Below the pieces are notes generated by a model. That model saw nothing but the letters and a program-made list of their open reading frames with translations, had not been told where the DNA came from and ran no database searches. From Tubiluchus corallicola (lineage: Eukaryota > Animalia > Priapulida), in contig JAQGDQ010000248.1 in NCBI GenBank assembly GCA_030141605.1, forward strand, positions 248,001 to 312,000: 64,000 nt of DNA, in the 5' to 3' direction. The stretch's first letter is position 1. Every line of letters starts with the position of its first letter. Positions 1 through 13,998 of the stretch are shown here, one piece after another. A program made the translations under genes and the position numbers.

Positions 1-205
1 TCCCTGCTGTAGTTCATTGGCATGACATTTCTCCCTAGGACGTCTAGATGTAGATAACTTCCCTGCTGTAATTCATTGGCATGACATTTCTCCCTAGGAC
101 GTCTAGATGTAGATAACTTCCCTGCTGTAGTTCATTGGCAGGACATTTCTCCCTAGGACGTCTAGATGTAGATAACTTCCCTGCTGTGTAGTTCATTGGC
201 AGGAC
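1..205. repeat. Minisatellite, 59-bp unit, ~3.5 copies visible (runs off the window start)
   Basis: TCCCTGCTGTAGTTCATTGGCATGACATTTCTCCCTAGGACGTCTAGATGTAGATAACT recurs at 1, 60, 119 and partially at 178. Confidence 0.95.
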
Positions 206-221
206 AGCTGTACCTTCACTA

Positions 222-625
222 TTAGGTGGACATCCTTAGCAATGTTACTGGTCTATGTAGTTCACTGCTTTAACTTTGCCTGCATCTTCTAGGTGGACAT
301 CCTTAGCAATGTTACTGGTCTATGTAGTTCACTGCTTTAACCTTGCCTACATCTTCTAGGTGGACATCCTTAGCAATGTTACTGGTCTATATAGTTCACT
401 GCTAGGACTTCGCCTGCATCTTCTAGGTAGACATCCTTAGCAATGTTACTGGTCTATGTAGGTCACTGCTTTAACTTTGCCTGCATCTTCTAGCTGTAGA
501 TCTTTAACAATGTTACTGGTCTATATAGTTCACTGCTAGGACTTCGCCTGCAGCTTCTAGCTGTAGATCTTTAACAATGTTACTGGTCTATATAGTTCAC
601 TGCTAGGACTTCTAGGTGTAGATCC
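222..625. repeat. Minisatellite, ~68-bp unit, ~6 copies
   Basis: TAGGTGGACATCCTTAGCAATGTTACTGGTCTATGTAGTTCACTGCT... repeated with progressive divergence. Confidence 0.93.
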
Positions 626-1275
626 TCCGCAAGTGCTACCCATGTTTTTGCCAGTGCAAATCCTTTGCAGTGCTAATCTGTACTGTGTAGCTCTTTGGCT
701 ACAATACTTCTTGCCTATAAGTTTTCATGAAGATGAAGACCTTAACATTGTTTCTCCTAATCGGTATTACAGTTCTTTGATGTAACTCAGCATCTCTTAC
801 TGTACCTTCTTCGTAAGTCAGTTTGTGCTTGGAAGTTATTCAACTTCTGCGCTTCTTCAGCAAATGCATACATTATGTATTGATTAAATAGTCGCTAGTG
901 GTTTCCATCATTGCTGTGTTTGCTTAACGAATTTTATTTAGTAGCTTTGATTATTTCATTACGGCTACGTCAAAGAGACAATAACGGTAATGGACGTTTC
1001 ACGTAGGAAGTCACCCAAAGTCGGTAGGTCTCCCTAGATGTCATACGTACATTAAAATTTTACGACAAGTTAACTTCGTATCAAGATGACGTGAATCTAA
1101 CAGAATGGGACGCCGACTGCTTAGACTTGGAGCCTGTTTTTGGATTTCGAAATTGCACAAGCTATATCAATCTGCAGTTAACTACATCCTAATTTTAAAA
1201 CTATCGATTAATGATGGAACGTTAATATAGCAATATTGCTGTCGCGGTAAGTTATTAGGATAGAATAGGACTCAA

Positions 1276-1370
1276 GGGACTGTGTGGTCTAATGGTTAAG
1301 GCGTTCATCTTCTAACTTAATCGAGCTAGTTCAAATTCTGTCTCCGTTCCATTTTTCACATTTCGTTTCT
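1276..1370 (+). mobile_element. Degenerate tRNA-derived SINE head
   Basis: A-box-like TGGTCTAATGG, TTAAGGCG, B-box-like GTTCAAATTC, then TTTTTCACATTTC; similar relics at ~7300-7390, ~23920-23990 (minus), ~24135-24180 and ~52880-52975; no intact cloverleaf. Confidence 0.55.
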
Positions 1371-2396
1371 TGTGGCTACATTTCTGTCAAACTAAATGGC
1401 TATTTTTTCCCCAAATATGTCTAAATGAGAATTTTAGAGAGTAAAATATGGCTGCGAATATTAACTGACTAATAAACTTGAATACACGCATAGCTTACGC
1501 ATGCGCATTAGAAATTGTCTCTTCTATCCTGATACATAATTCAGTGACATAATGTACAAACAGTCATAATGTAATGAAAATACTATTTTAATATTTGTCT
1601 CATCCCAGGCAAGCAGTTTTGAATGATACCGAATCAAGTATATTTTTTTACAAAAAAAAAATTGAGGTTTATGGAAACCAATGTACTCAAGTAATATTCT
1701 TGTTAAGGCCTGGCGTAATTTCCATTCATTTATCATACACGTATTTTGAAAGTCCCAAATATCGATCACATTCTGACAAAGTTTCTGAGTTGAAATTTCG
1801 CCAAACCTGCAAAACTCGGGAAATAATATTTTTCCGAAATGTCAAAGAACTGTCTTGCCAATTACCGAGTTTGGTAATTTTCCTGTGAAATATGACTCGG
1901 TCATTAATATTATCGTATGACAACTTCTTACAGTCGTAAAACTGCTCGCTGTCTATGGCGCTGAATCTGTTCGCACTTGATAACGCTCGATCTGATATAA
2001 TGGGCTTCGAATTTTGGCGCGCATTAATTTGGCATTGTGACGTTCAAATTCTCACACAACCTTCTCTTTCTGGCAGTTGTTCATAATTCTCGCTTTCTTA
2101 TCGGCCACACTGCGTGTTATTATGCACTCAGATTTCACTGTGACTTCGTTAGTAATATTGCAGCGAAATTTCAGGGTTTTCTCGTCTATTATTCGCTTTT
2201 CCTGTTTGTTCAGACTCGCATTTCCGCTGAACCAGCAGCTAGCATTTTCCTTTTGCGAAAAAACCTCGGCGCGCGCTTGCGTTTTTCCGCTATTATCTGG
2301 CGCTCTTATTTTAATAATTTTCCTGGCGTTAAAACACGTATTTCCTTTTACAAATGAGTCTTACAAATAATTTGTTGAAGCTGGGCCAGTATTTAA

Positions 2397-2973
2397 AGGG
2401 GAAGTAAAGAGAATTTTAGAGTATATCACAAAGAACTTTCCATAGAAAGTTGTATTACTTAGTATTACGCTTACCTGAGTGAAAGACTGGTAATTGAAAA
2501 AGAAAATTCTTAGTAATTTAAAATAATTGCTTCACCTGGTAAAACGGCACTGTATCACAATTCTAGTGTGAACCTCTGATTCAGCAATAAACGCATTATT
2601 GACCTTACTGACAATCTAAAGTAATTTATACTTTTGCTTAATTAACTAACTTAATTAACTCTTAATTAACTAAAGAGTGTGCTTTAGTTAATTAACTAAA
2701 TTAATTAAGTTAATTAAGTATGCTACGAATGCGGTGATTATTTTTTGAAACTTTAAGCAACTTGTTTCAAATGACTTACCGTTAAAATCGCTCCGCCTAA
2801 CGGTTTAAATTTACAAGTTTTAATACACGCTCTGTATTCTATAGGACCGCATGCTACTGCTATTGTACGTTACTGCTAATACAACCTCTGTGTGCAATAA
2901 GACAGTATGTAAGTGATATAAAATTTCGAGACGAATTTTTTAAGCTTTGTTCATGAAAAGTGTTTCTTGTGCT
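2397..2973 (+). mobile_element. Non-autonomous DNA transposon family A, TTAA-flanked with AG..CT termini (Kolobok-like)
   Basis: TTAA|AGGGGAAG...TTCTTGTGCT|TTAA; colinear homologous copies at 30395, 35438, 48503 and 54460, and partial copies at ~10370 (minus), ~19950, ~52557 (minus) and ~63050. Confidence 0.75.
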
Positions 2974-3001
2974 TTAACTAAGGGGGAATTCAGAATGTTA
3001 A

Positions 3002-3460
3002 AGGAAAACCGGACCTTATATTAAACTATATTTCAAAACAATCTACACTTTAAAATATTAAACAGAACATACAATTTTTTCAAGAGTGACCTACATGAAA
3101 AAAATACTACCACAAAATGAAATTACGTTCATGCGACTGGTTCTTCGCTGTTACATGCATTTCGCCATTTGCTACCTGGCTAGTTAAATCAGTGCCTGCA
3201 TTTCGGAAACACATTTCACTGTAAAATTTAAATTTTCGTTTTCACATATACTTGCAACACGCTCATGGAATGTTTGTGCTTTGAGGTAATGTTCAGTTGT
3301 AACGTCATCACTAGTTGGACTCACCTGCCCATTAATTAAGTCTTTAATGTATTATTATTTAATTATCAAAAATGTTTTGTCATTATTATACGTGCTAAAA
3401 TGCGTACTTTTTACCGTGCTTCAAAATGGGATAGGATATGAAAAATCTTCCTGTTTTCGC
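3002..3460 (+). mobile_element. Interspersed repeat family B (non-autonomous DNA element, starts TTAA|AGGAAAA)
   Basis: Shared blocks (CTCGGAAAC, GTCATCACTAGT, ATTAATTAAG, CTTCAAAATGGG) recur at ~9670-10210, 21255-21805, 38500-38930, 47040-47765, 53320-53725 and 57940-58430; boundaries approximate. Confidence 0.75.
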
Positions 3461-4310
3461 ATAATAGCCTACTGTAGAATAAATTAATCAGTTGAATATG
3501 GCTCTCTTATCCCAGAAATATGAAGATGTCTTTCCAGCCTTATCGGTTTTTATTTGTCTGCATTAAGTTTTTAGAATCAGTTTATTTTAAAAAAGAATGT
3601 CATTACACTATATTATGTAATGGCGGATTGTACAAAAAACAGACAAGAAGTACAGCTTCCATTCATAAGAGCGACGTAATTTACTTTGCAATTGTTTGGA
3701 AGGACATACTTCTTTTTCGCAATGATATGTCTTCAGCTGAAAGCACACGGTTAAGTTACGTTGTATAAAAAAATTATGTTATGCTTATAATTCGAGTTCC
3801 CGTTAGGTACTCAATACTAGACGTCAGGATTAGAGATTAGACATTATTATCCAGAATTGTGATATATATTTTTGCTGTAGCGGTAAATAGATAGCGCAGC
3901 AGTTCGCTCAGAAACACTATTAAATTACCTTCATACATAATAACGTTGTTTTATGTGAACTGTTTTTCGGGGTACTAGTTAATTCGCAAAAAATGCTCTC
4001 GGTGAGAATCTATCATAAATCACTCGGTCCGTTATCTCAAAGCTTGTATAAAAACGCGTCATTAAATACCGCTTTGAAATGACCATTATATCGATTTTTG
4101 AAATTGCTCGTAACCGTTGCTTATCAACTTGATAGATACGGCCGCGCTGAAGTCTGTTTTAAAACGCTTCTTTGTACATCATTTTGCCCTGGTAAATGTG
4201 TTTGCCTTGCTAATTTGATTGGATTGATTGACTAAAAACTTCATTTCGGATTTTCTCTTAAAAACATGCACCCTAAACAATAAACATTAGATTACGACAG
4301 ACAGTGTGGT

Positions 4311-4574
4311 CAGGGGCGTCGTGCACCAAAAAAAGGGGGGCCCGGCTGTATATAATGGCAGAACTTAACTGTTTAAAAAACGTATAATTTTGAATTCCCA
4401 CACCAGTATTTTGCCCGCAAGAAAAACGATTTATTTATTCCCAACTGGCATTTAACTTAAAGCTATAGCTACAGAAATTTAATTAAAATTAAAAATTAAT
4501 TTAAAATTAAAATTTAATTAAGTATTTATTAGCTGTCAGGAATCCAAAGATTCGATGAAAATACGACTACCAAA

Positions 4575-4612
<38 letters not shown>

Positions 4613-4618
4613 TATATA

Positions 4619-4665
<47 letters not shown>

Positions 4666-4843
4666 GTGTATATATAATCGCATATCATGCTACAGTGGGA
4701 GATTTCACCGTTCCTCAAAATTTTACACCTTATTGGTCTCATTACAAGCCGCCGAAACCCTTAAAATTTTTGATGTTTTGTAAACAATTGGGGGGGGGCA
4801 GCCCCCCCCCCCCCCCCCGGGCCCCTATAGCACGACGCCACTG
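4311..4843. mobile_element. hAT-type MITE with 14-bp TIRs and a perfect 8-bp TSD; contains a (TA)n tract
   Basis: TIRs CAGGGGCGTCGTGC / GCACGACGCCACTG (13/14); TSD AGTGTGGT at 4303-4310 and 4844-4851. Confidence 0.9.
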
Positions 4844-5509
4844 AGTGTGGTAGAAAATGATACTAATAATAATGATTTGAAACCATGTAAATGCCACTGT
4901 CTTTCCTTGAAATAGTAAATGTTGCTAAAATCATTACTTTTTAACCTATAAAATATGTGAACAATTCAAATTTCTTAAAATATTTTCAAGAACTTATATT
5001 TCAATATCTTAAGAACAGTTCCTTAGATGGTAAGACAAGAGGGGCAGTGTCAATGCGATTCAAATGTGGTAATCACAATGGGTTCCCTTTTGGCGTCCAA
5101 CTTCCAAATGTCAGTCATAAATTAAATCTAAGTACTGCAATATTTGAAAGGTAGCTCTTTATTCATACGAATGAATCATTTTATTACTATTTTCGTGTTT
5201 TTCTCAGATGTTAATTTGCTCTGCAATTACTGCAGTTTCTGGTTCTTTTTCGTATTAAGATTAAATTGACCACAGCTCCACTCTAAAAATACCCTTTTTG
5301 ACGAACATCTTTGTGCATGTGAATCTAAGGGATGCAACTATTATTATTCCCCCAGAGGAATTACCTGCATGTGAAATTACAAACATGTGGATATGAGATT
5401 TGACGGAAATGCGATTATATTCACTTGAAACAGTATTCTCTGATGTAAAACCTCACAAAGCTTTAATCTCAGAGAGTTGAATTGCGAGTTGGATTTTTCG
5501 TGCTTCATA

Positions 5510-5968
5510 GTCCAATATTTGGTTCGCTGCAGGGCTGTCCAATATTTGGTTCACTGCAGGGCTGTCCAATATTTGGTTCACTGCAGGGCTGTCCAATATT
5601 TGGTTCACTGCAGGGCTGTCCAATATTTGGTTCACTGCAGGGCTCTCGAATATTTGGTACACTGCAGGGCTGTCCAATATTTGGTTCACTGCAGGGCTGT
5701 CCAATATTTGGTTCACTGCAGGGCTGTCCAATATTTGGTACACTGCAGGGCTGTCCAATATTTGGTTCACTGCAGGGCTGTCCAATATTTGGTACACTGC
5801 AGGGCTGTCCAATATTTGGTTCACTGCAGGGCTGTCCAATATTTGGTTCACTGCAGGGCTGTCCAATATTTGGTTCACTGCAGGGCTGTCCAATATTTGG
5901 TTCACTGCAGGGCTGTCCAATATTTGGTTCACTGCAGGGCTGTCCAATATTTGGTTCACTGCAGGGCT
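5510..5968. repeat. Minisatellite, 27-bp unit x ~17
   Basis: GTCCAATATTTGGTTCACTGCAGGGCT repeated almost perfectly; no spacers. Confidence 0.97.
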
Positions 5969-6661
5969 TTCATGAAAAACTAGACGAATTTTGGGAGAGG
6001 TGAAGATAGTCTTCTCAATTTGGTGATGCTGATGCTGAAACTATTGCCAGAAACTAAAAACTTAGACTGGAAAACGCAAAAAGAAACAAGATGGCCGCCA
6101 AGTTTTTGTGCAAACAATGTAAATCAAATGAAATGTCCAGCGGATTGGTATTAAGAAGTAATTATAACATTTATGGTAGTTGGGCCTAAGCAATCCACTT
6201 CTGTAACTTTCATTTAAAAATGGCCTTGTTTTCAAAATGGCCACCACATAAAACAAAACTATGCCGATCATGTAATTATATTAGCTGTATTGCCTAAAGA
6301 TTTATTATAAAAACTAAAAAGCACAGTATTTTTACTAATTCGACCTTACTGAATCTAAACACTGCTAGACTACAAAAAGGATGCAAAAAGTCAGTGACTA
6401 TGTTGCCCATTCTTAGAAAAATGCCTCTAACTTTAAAGAACCACCTTTATGGGACCTTCTTCTAGTCTAATGCATTTATCTAATTCTAATGCAAGGCTTT
6501 ATCTAATGCATCAAACTCTACCTTCAGCATCCTAGCAACCGGATAGGAGACCTTGATCCATCTCCGTGTTTTGAAATGCACAGGTAGCACCTTATCTTGA
6601 ACAGGACAAGTGAATGAAATCATGACAAAAGTTCACTGAATTTTATGTGTTTTTTTCCCAG

Positions 6662-6740
6662 GCACATCAATGAAGACAAACGAAAAACGGAAGGTCAGGT
6701 TGTGATGTTTGATATTGTCAATGATATTGATAACTGCCCT
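6662..6740 (+). CDS. ECT2: ECT2/pebble RhoGEF exon (end of DH domain)
   Basis: ttttttcccag|...|gtaagt; encodes HINEDKRKTEGQVVMFDIVNDIDNCP, matching ECT2 HINEDKRKTE...DGCP; upstream exons lie outside the window. Confidence 0.95.
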
Positions 6741-7891
6741 GTAAGTATCTGAAATTTGTTGATTTTCTCACAGTAAAATTATCCAGTGAATGACAGATTG
6801 TACCAAATAAGAAATTAGTCACAATACTGAAAAACATGATTCATTTACATTCATGACCTGCTGTGTGCATCATGCAAGACCCACTATAACTAGATTTGCT
6901 GTTGTTTATAAGTGAATAGATTGATACATACCTTGAAATTGAAATTTTGCTACTAACACTTTTGACAAATTAATTAATGAATTATTTATGTGGTTATACT
7001 GTTACCATTACAATAACTTGTCTATATATTGCATTCTGATATGCAAATAAAAAAGATGATATATATGTTTAAATATTTGTATGTGTATTTAAATTAAGTA
7101 CATATATTGTACAAGTTAAGTTAACGTAAGTTAAGTTAATTTAAGTTAAGTTAAGTTATTCATAACCTTAATTTCAAGATTATTATTTATGGCAGAATGA
7201 ACTCATATTTATTAAATTTTGACCAAAGAAAAGAATATGGAAAAGTCGGATAGAGCCTGTATTTGAACCCAGGAGGATTAATCATGATCATTGGGACATA
7301 ACATTTTAGTGGTCGTGGCATTCGCTTTCTAAGCCAAAGTTCTATGTTCAATCCAAGCTCTGTCGTGACTTTTTCACATTTCCTTTCTTTCTAATAACCG
7401 TGGGTTCATTCCATCAATAAAATATTATCGCTTTGCTATAGTCCATAAATGTGCACTGAAAAGCATTCTTTGTTGCTCGTAAACTTCTCCTGAATTCCGG
7501 GAAGTGGACGTTTTAAGAAAAAAACAAGTTTTTATTTAATTAGCCACGCAGTCGAATGACACTTACGAGTTTTTTTCCAGCATTGCATTGCTTCTGATAG
7601 TTTGAGTGCAGTTCACGTAGCACTTTCACACTAGAACATTTCCCGAGCAAATTTCAGCATTTGTAATGCATGCACTTGAAAGGAAGGATTAAGTTTGTCA
7701 TGATCGTGGTCTGATTCTATTAAATACAGCTGTTATCATGCTAATGAGGACAGCATGCAGTTGGTGAAGTTCAATAGGTTACGTCTACAAAAGCAGAAAA
7801 ATCAGTTTTGATTAACCTACAAGTAATTGTAATTGTAATTGTAATTGTAATTTTTTTTCAGTAACGATTGAGGTGATTGTTTCTTTTACAG

Positions 7892-8011
7892 CCTGATTTG
7901 CTGTCCTCCCATCGACAGTTCATCACTAAAGCAGATATGATAGAACTTAATGATGGTTTAGGACACAAGGGAGATAACCTCACTATGTTTCTTTTCAATG
8001 ACAGTTTAGAG
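7892..8011 (+). CDS. ECT2: ECT2 exon (start of PH domain)
   Basis: ttttacag|...|gtatgt, phase 0-0; PDLLSSHRQFITKADMIELNDGLGHKGDNLTMFLFNDSLE (cf. ECT2 LLSSHR...LFLFNDCLE). Confidence 0.95.
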
Positions 8012-8102
8012 GTATGTATTTTTTGCAGAAAGACAAATATGACATCATTTCAAGTGATGATATAAATTATATACGTGAAGCCTATATTCATGTTTTACTG
8101 CA

Positions 8103-8859
<757 letters not shown>

Positions 8860-9479
8860 TGAATGAAATATTAGATGAAATTTTACTCTTCTCTAGAACA
8901 AATTTAGTGAATTTAAAATTAATTAATTAAACGGCTCCGGTTAGTTAATTAATTAATGAATAGATTTATTCAATTTTTTTGTTTTGAACCAAGGACATCT
9001 TAACTAGTCATCCTAACAAATTTCACTCATCGGATAAATGCTTTTGGAGCTGAAAAAACTGTTGACAGAGTATGTAAGTGAAAATATGAAGGAAATTTCC
9101 TGGATCCAAGCCAACTCTTGGGAATTAAAAATATTTGCATGTAGTTATTATTTTCATAATGTTTAAAAACGAATAGCAAAGTTTGTACATTCTATGTGTA
9201 ATCTCACATGCTATGAATTGTTATATTTACTATGTAGTCTAGTGTAGCAGTCACTTCCATAGTGTTCCATGCAGTAATGGCAAATTTTATATATTCCACA
9301 TAGAAAGATTACTGCTCATTTACTTATACTCATAAAATGCTGTGCAATTTTAGCATTTAAAAATAAGAAAATATCGTGTGACCTACACAAAAGTACTTCA
9401 AAAGTGACAAAGTAAAAACTGTTTAAATAGCTCCGATTTCTGATTGTATTGTAATAATTACTGCGAATCTTTTTTTCAG

Positions 9480-9624
9480 ATTTGCAAAAGACGAATGAAG
9501 GTGATCAATTCACTTCGTAGTCCACGTGCTGGCAGTGTCAAAACTCCACAAAAGTGCTACAAGCATCTTGAGTTAATTCATCTGTTACACATTCGTAGAG
9601 TTGTAGATATATTGGAAACTGAAG
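9480..9624 (+). CDS. ECT2: ECT2 exon (PH domain)
   Basis: tttttcag|...G|gtgggt, phase 0-1; ICKRRMKVINSLRSPRAGSVKTPQKCYKHLELIHLLHIRRVVDILETE. Confidence 0.95.
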
Positions 9625-11071
9625 GTGGGTAGCTTTCTTTAAAGAAATACAGGATCCTTTTCAGCTTCTATCCCGTTTTGAAGTATTGTAAAAAGTATGC
9701 ATATTATCACCTATAATAGTGCCAAAGTGTTGCTCTGATAATCAAATATTACCTTAGAAATTTATTTAACAGGGTTGACCACAGTTAGCAATGACATCAC
9801 GACTAAACACAATTTTCAAACAGCAAAAATATTACGTGAGCGTGTTTTCAAAAGCAAAATAGAAATACAGTGCTATTGCACAGCACAAACTATAATTTAC
9901 ACCAACTCAGTAAATTTTAAGTTAAGAACTAAAATTCCAAGCTTAACGCTGTGTCAACAAGCAATTTCATTACACTCGTGTGTGTCTTCAGTGCTCTGCT
10001 GAGAGGTACAGCATCTGCTTTTTGTGCAACGTGTTTTCAAGATGTGATGCTGTATTAATCTAACTAGCGAAAGGCAAAACAGCGAAAAAATTTCCATGCA
10101 AGTAATTCTTTCGCGTAATTCTTTCTTGAAGAAACAGCATTTTCCCTTTCAATATTTTATGCATTCGATCGTTTTGAGCTAGGTTTAACATTGGGACTGG
10201 CTTTCCTATGAATCTATTCTTGAAAAGTGGTTGCTTTCATCAGTATGTTGGAGGGAATGCGAAACATCACTGTGTGGGAGGGAACTCGAAACATTAGATT
10301 AAAATGCATTTTATTGCATTTTTGTATTATGTCTTTTCTGTTTTATGATTAAAGCGCAAGAAAACATCATCTTGAAATTTTATATCACTTAAGTGCTATC
10401 TTATTGCATACAGAGCTTGCGTTAGCATTAGCATTCTATAAAACTTTTAAATTAAGCTCCTGCGATGGCCGTTAGGCGCAGCCATTTTGATGGTATGTCA
10501 TTTGTAAACAATTCTAGATGACGTTGTTTAAAATTTTAAAAAATAATCAGAGCATTTATAGCACCTGCTTCACTAATCATGCAAAGGTATAAGTTACTTT
10601 ATATTGTCAATAAGATGAATAATGTGTTTTTTGGTGAATCAGAGTACACACCGGGATCGTGATGCAGTGCTGTTTTACCAAAAGGTGTGAAAATCGGCGT
10701 GAATATTTTAAGTTATTAAGAGTTTTCTTTTTCAATTACAAAAGTCTTTTAGCCAGGCAAGCGTAATTCTAAGTAATATAACTGTGTATGGAAAATTCTT
10801 CGGGACATATTTTAAAATTCCTTTTTCTTACCTTTAAATTGCACATTAAAGCTTGTAGTCTCATTACATTTCATATAACAAGTTCGTTTTTAAATTAACT
10901 GTTAAAAGTTATTTTTAAAATGGCTCTGGTAAAATATTTGCAGTGAAATGAACTTCAAACAAAAAAGAATAACCATAACTGCTTGCCTTGTAAGTATTAA
11001 ATGTGAACTACTTGACTGAGTTTATTCTTTATTGATTTCTGCATTCTTGATACCATTTTAAAATGTTCCAG

Positions 11072-11220
11072 GATGTCAAAATGTATTTGCGCTAGTGACC
11101 AAATCACCGTCAGATGCTAAAGAGCAGCTGCTTGTTTTTGCACTCATCGAGAACGACAAGACGGCGCTACTACGCACCATCTGTCGACACATGGCTAACA
11201 CTGGCTGCAGGACAGATTCG
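11072..11220 (+). CDS. ECT2: ECT2 exon (PH domain)
   Basis: gttccag|...|gtaaga, phase 1-0; (G)CQNVFALVTKSPSDAKEQLLVFALIENDKTALLRTICRHMANTGCRTDS (cf. ECT2 CHNAFAL...LCRHVANTIC); missed by the ORF track. Confidence 0.93.
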
Positions 11221-12979
11221 GTAAGAATATCTTCTTAAAATCTCTGTGATCTGAGCATGTAGTCAGGGCTGGCTCGCTAAGGACTTGCAAATTTTTTTTT
11301 CAAAATTTAATGTTAATAAATTAATAAATCAGGAAATGTCAGTCAACCAGCGGGGGTCCAACTTCGCAATTGCCAGGCAGGTGCTTCTTTTGTCTTCACA
11401 GTTGAGTGGCTACTGCCATATCACAAAGGCTATGCTTCTAGCAAATTGTTTCATTTTTTATGTTTAAATTTTATACTGAGATACTGCAAATTAGTTTTAT
11501 GGCTATAAGAGTTAAAAAAACTCTAATTACAATTACACATGGTAGACTTTTTCGTTGAACACTGACATTTTTGTTATATGGTAATAAAGTTTAACTTTCC
11601 ACATGAAATCTTGATGTTATGTGAAATCTTTGCGATGGTTTTGCACGACAGTTTCTAGTAGCTTAGAAATTATTGTAGGAGACTAATCCTGAATGGTATA
11701 ATTTTTGTTTGCAAGGCTGATGTGTTTCTCTTTCACTTTAGTAGAAATGCCAGAAATTGACAACTGTTGGTATTGCATTTGCAGAGAACTGTTTTTTTTC
11801 AATTAATAAATTGTGTTATAAGAGAAAATACGATACATAGCCTAAGTACCAGTTAATTAATTGCTACTGCCCTAAATTGAAAAATATTGCTTAATACATC
11901 TACGCCTGTTATTGATTCTCTCCACACTAATATTGGCATGCCTGTTAGCTAATGCTTAGAAAAATAGTTCAATAGTGACCACTTAGAAAATTGTAATGTT
12001 CGAACACAGCTCAGGTATCGCCTGGCCACCTCATCGCTGTCTAATACAAACACTGCTCTTCATCGGAATTAGGCACTTTAGGATGACAACATTATTTGCC
12101 ATTCCTCGTCGTGTGTGTGTGTTGTATCACTTAACACTGGTTTTGGCATTGATGATTAGAATGCTTTAGCCTAAATATGGAATACAATCAGTACATTCTG
12201 ACTTACAATTTGAAAACTGAGCAGATCATGTCTCTCAATTTGGCAATGCATTTTGGGAACTATAAAATGAGAGTCATGCAACTGCATGATACCACACTGG
12301 CTGTCCACTAATTATCTATATTGCTTATATACACACACACTCACATTCACTTGTGTACTTTATGGGTGAATTACTAGTGTCATCATGTGAAAGGAGCTTG
12401 AATATTTCATCGTGATAATTGTTACCATAGTAACTGACTATCTTCTAGGTACCACCCCATTCAACTGCTCATCATACTAAAAGATGAAAACTAAGTGGTA
12501 CGAAACAAAGAAATTTTTAAAATAAGAATTGAAATTTTACATTTTGTCTCCTTGTTCAACAACACCGCATACTTCTTGTGAAATGCTTCTTTGTTTGCAG
12601 TTCATCAAATCCTCATAGCTCTGGTTGTGTAATGGTTGCAACTTACCGTACTTTCTTGAATAAATTACTCAAATTTAGCACATTAAGCTCGCCTCTTCCA
12701 CTTCAAATAATTTTCAAACAAATTTATTTGTGTCATTGGCCAGCTGAAGGGCATTTTTTATCGACATATCGATGCAGTGAAGTAAAAAAGTTTTATTGAA
12801 TGTGCTCAAATATGTTGTGAAAATGTGAATTCCTGATTAAATTTTACAATTACTGCTAATTAGGCAAAACTAATTGAGCAAAGAAAATCTAGCTCCTGAG
12901 ACCATAGCCCGTTTGATCGACCATGATTTCGTACATAAAATAGTTAGGTTTTAATGCCAATTTTGAGTATGGTTAATTC

Positions 12980-12984
<5 letters not shown>

Positions 12985-13017
<33 letters not shown>

Positions 13018-13131
13018 TGTATGTATGTATGTATGTATGTATGTATGTATGTATGTATGTATGTATGTATGTATGTATGTATGTATGTATGTATGTATGT
13101 ATGTATGTATGTATGTATGTATGTATGTATA
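12985..13131. repeat. (TATG)n microsatellite
   Basis: Direct reading. Confidence 0.98.
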
Positions 13132-13169
13132 TGGTGTCACTTAGTTTAATCAGCTTTTCACCATTGCAG

Positions 13170-13255
13170 GAAAATTTTCTTATTAGTTTGGAACCACACC
13201 AATTGGACATAGAGAGTAGTGACGTTGGCAACACCACACTTAGTAAAGCTGTGAG
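13170..13255 (+). CDS. ECT2: ECT2 exon (end of PH domain / linker)
   Basis: cattgcag|...AG|gttagt, phase 0-2; ENFLISLEPHQLDIESSDVGNTTLSKAV(R). Confidence 0.92.
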
Positions 13256-13998
13256 GTTAGTAATTGATTAACTGTTAAACAAATGTGATGATTTGTTATC
13301 TGTATTAGTTGTGATTTTACACTGTGTAAAAATGTTTTCACTACAAATGTTTGAAAACATTCACTTACTTTTGAAGTTAGAATTGACAAGAGTGTGACTT
13401 CACCTGGATTTGACAAGCTATACCAGCTAAGCCACCCGGCCATCATTATAGTAGACACTCCTAACTCAGTCCATTATTTCGTTACTTTTGTCACACAAAT
13501 TGAGTTAATTATACATTAATAATTTTCACTTTGTACCTAGACTGGAGCACCAATATTGTATGTTGTTACCCAGTAATTTTGTCACATTCAACATTTGATT
13601 TGCATTGCGTAAAAATGTTTCAGCAAATTCTGTCAACTCAGTTTGTCTGGAAGATTCTCTCAGTATGATCTAGTAATTGCTTGCGTGCATCTGACATAAA
13701 TTTAATTTAAAAGGCTGGATTGTCCTGGGAAAACCAAGCATGCGATGTGTAGTCTGCCTTCGATTTGTTGAACACAAAGTAAAATTGTTCGATGTCACTG
13801 TCACCCTGTTAATTATACAGTTTAACCTCAATTTTAATTTATTTACAGTTAAACTACTAAACTAAAACGCATTTAGACAGATGACTGTGTGTACTATTTA
13901 ATGTCAAACTAAGAATTAGATAACTGTCTATATTTTCACTTGGCTAGGAATAATCTATTTTTGTAGAAAATGCAAAAAAAACTTTTTCTTTTTGAAAT

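Noticed and set aside
1276-1350. tRNA gene
   Set aside because: Only degenerate A/B boxes; acceptor and anticodon stems do not pair; several diverged copies indicate a SINE relic.
5453-6003. Three long ORFs (168-173 aa), or a CRISPR-like array
   Set aside because: They arise from a 27-bp tandem unit with no unique spacers; intronic eukaryotic context and no cas genes.
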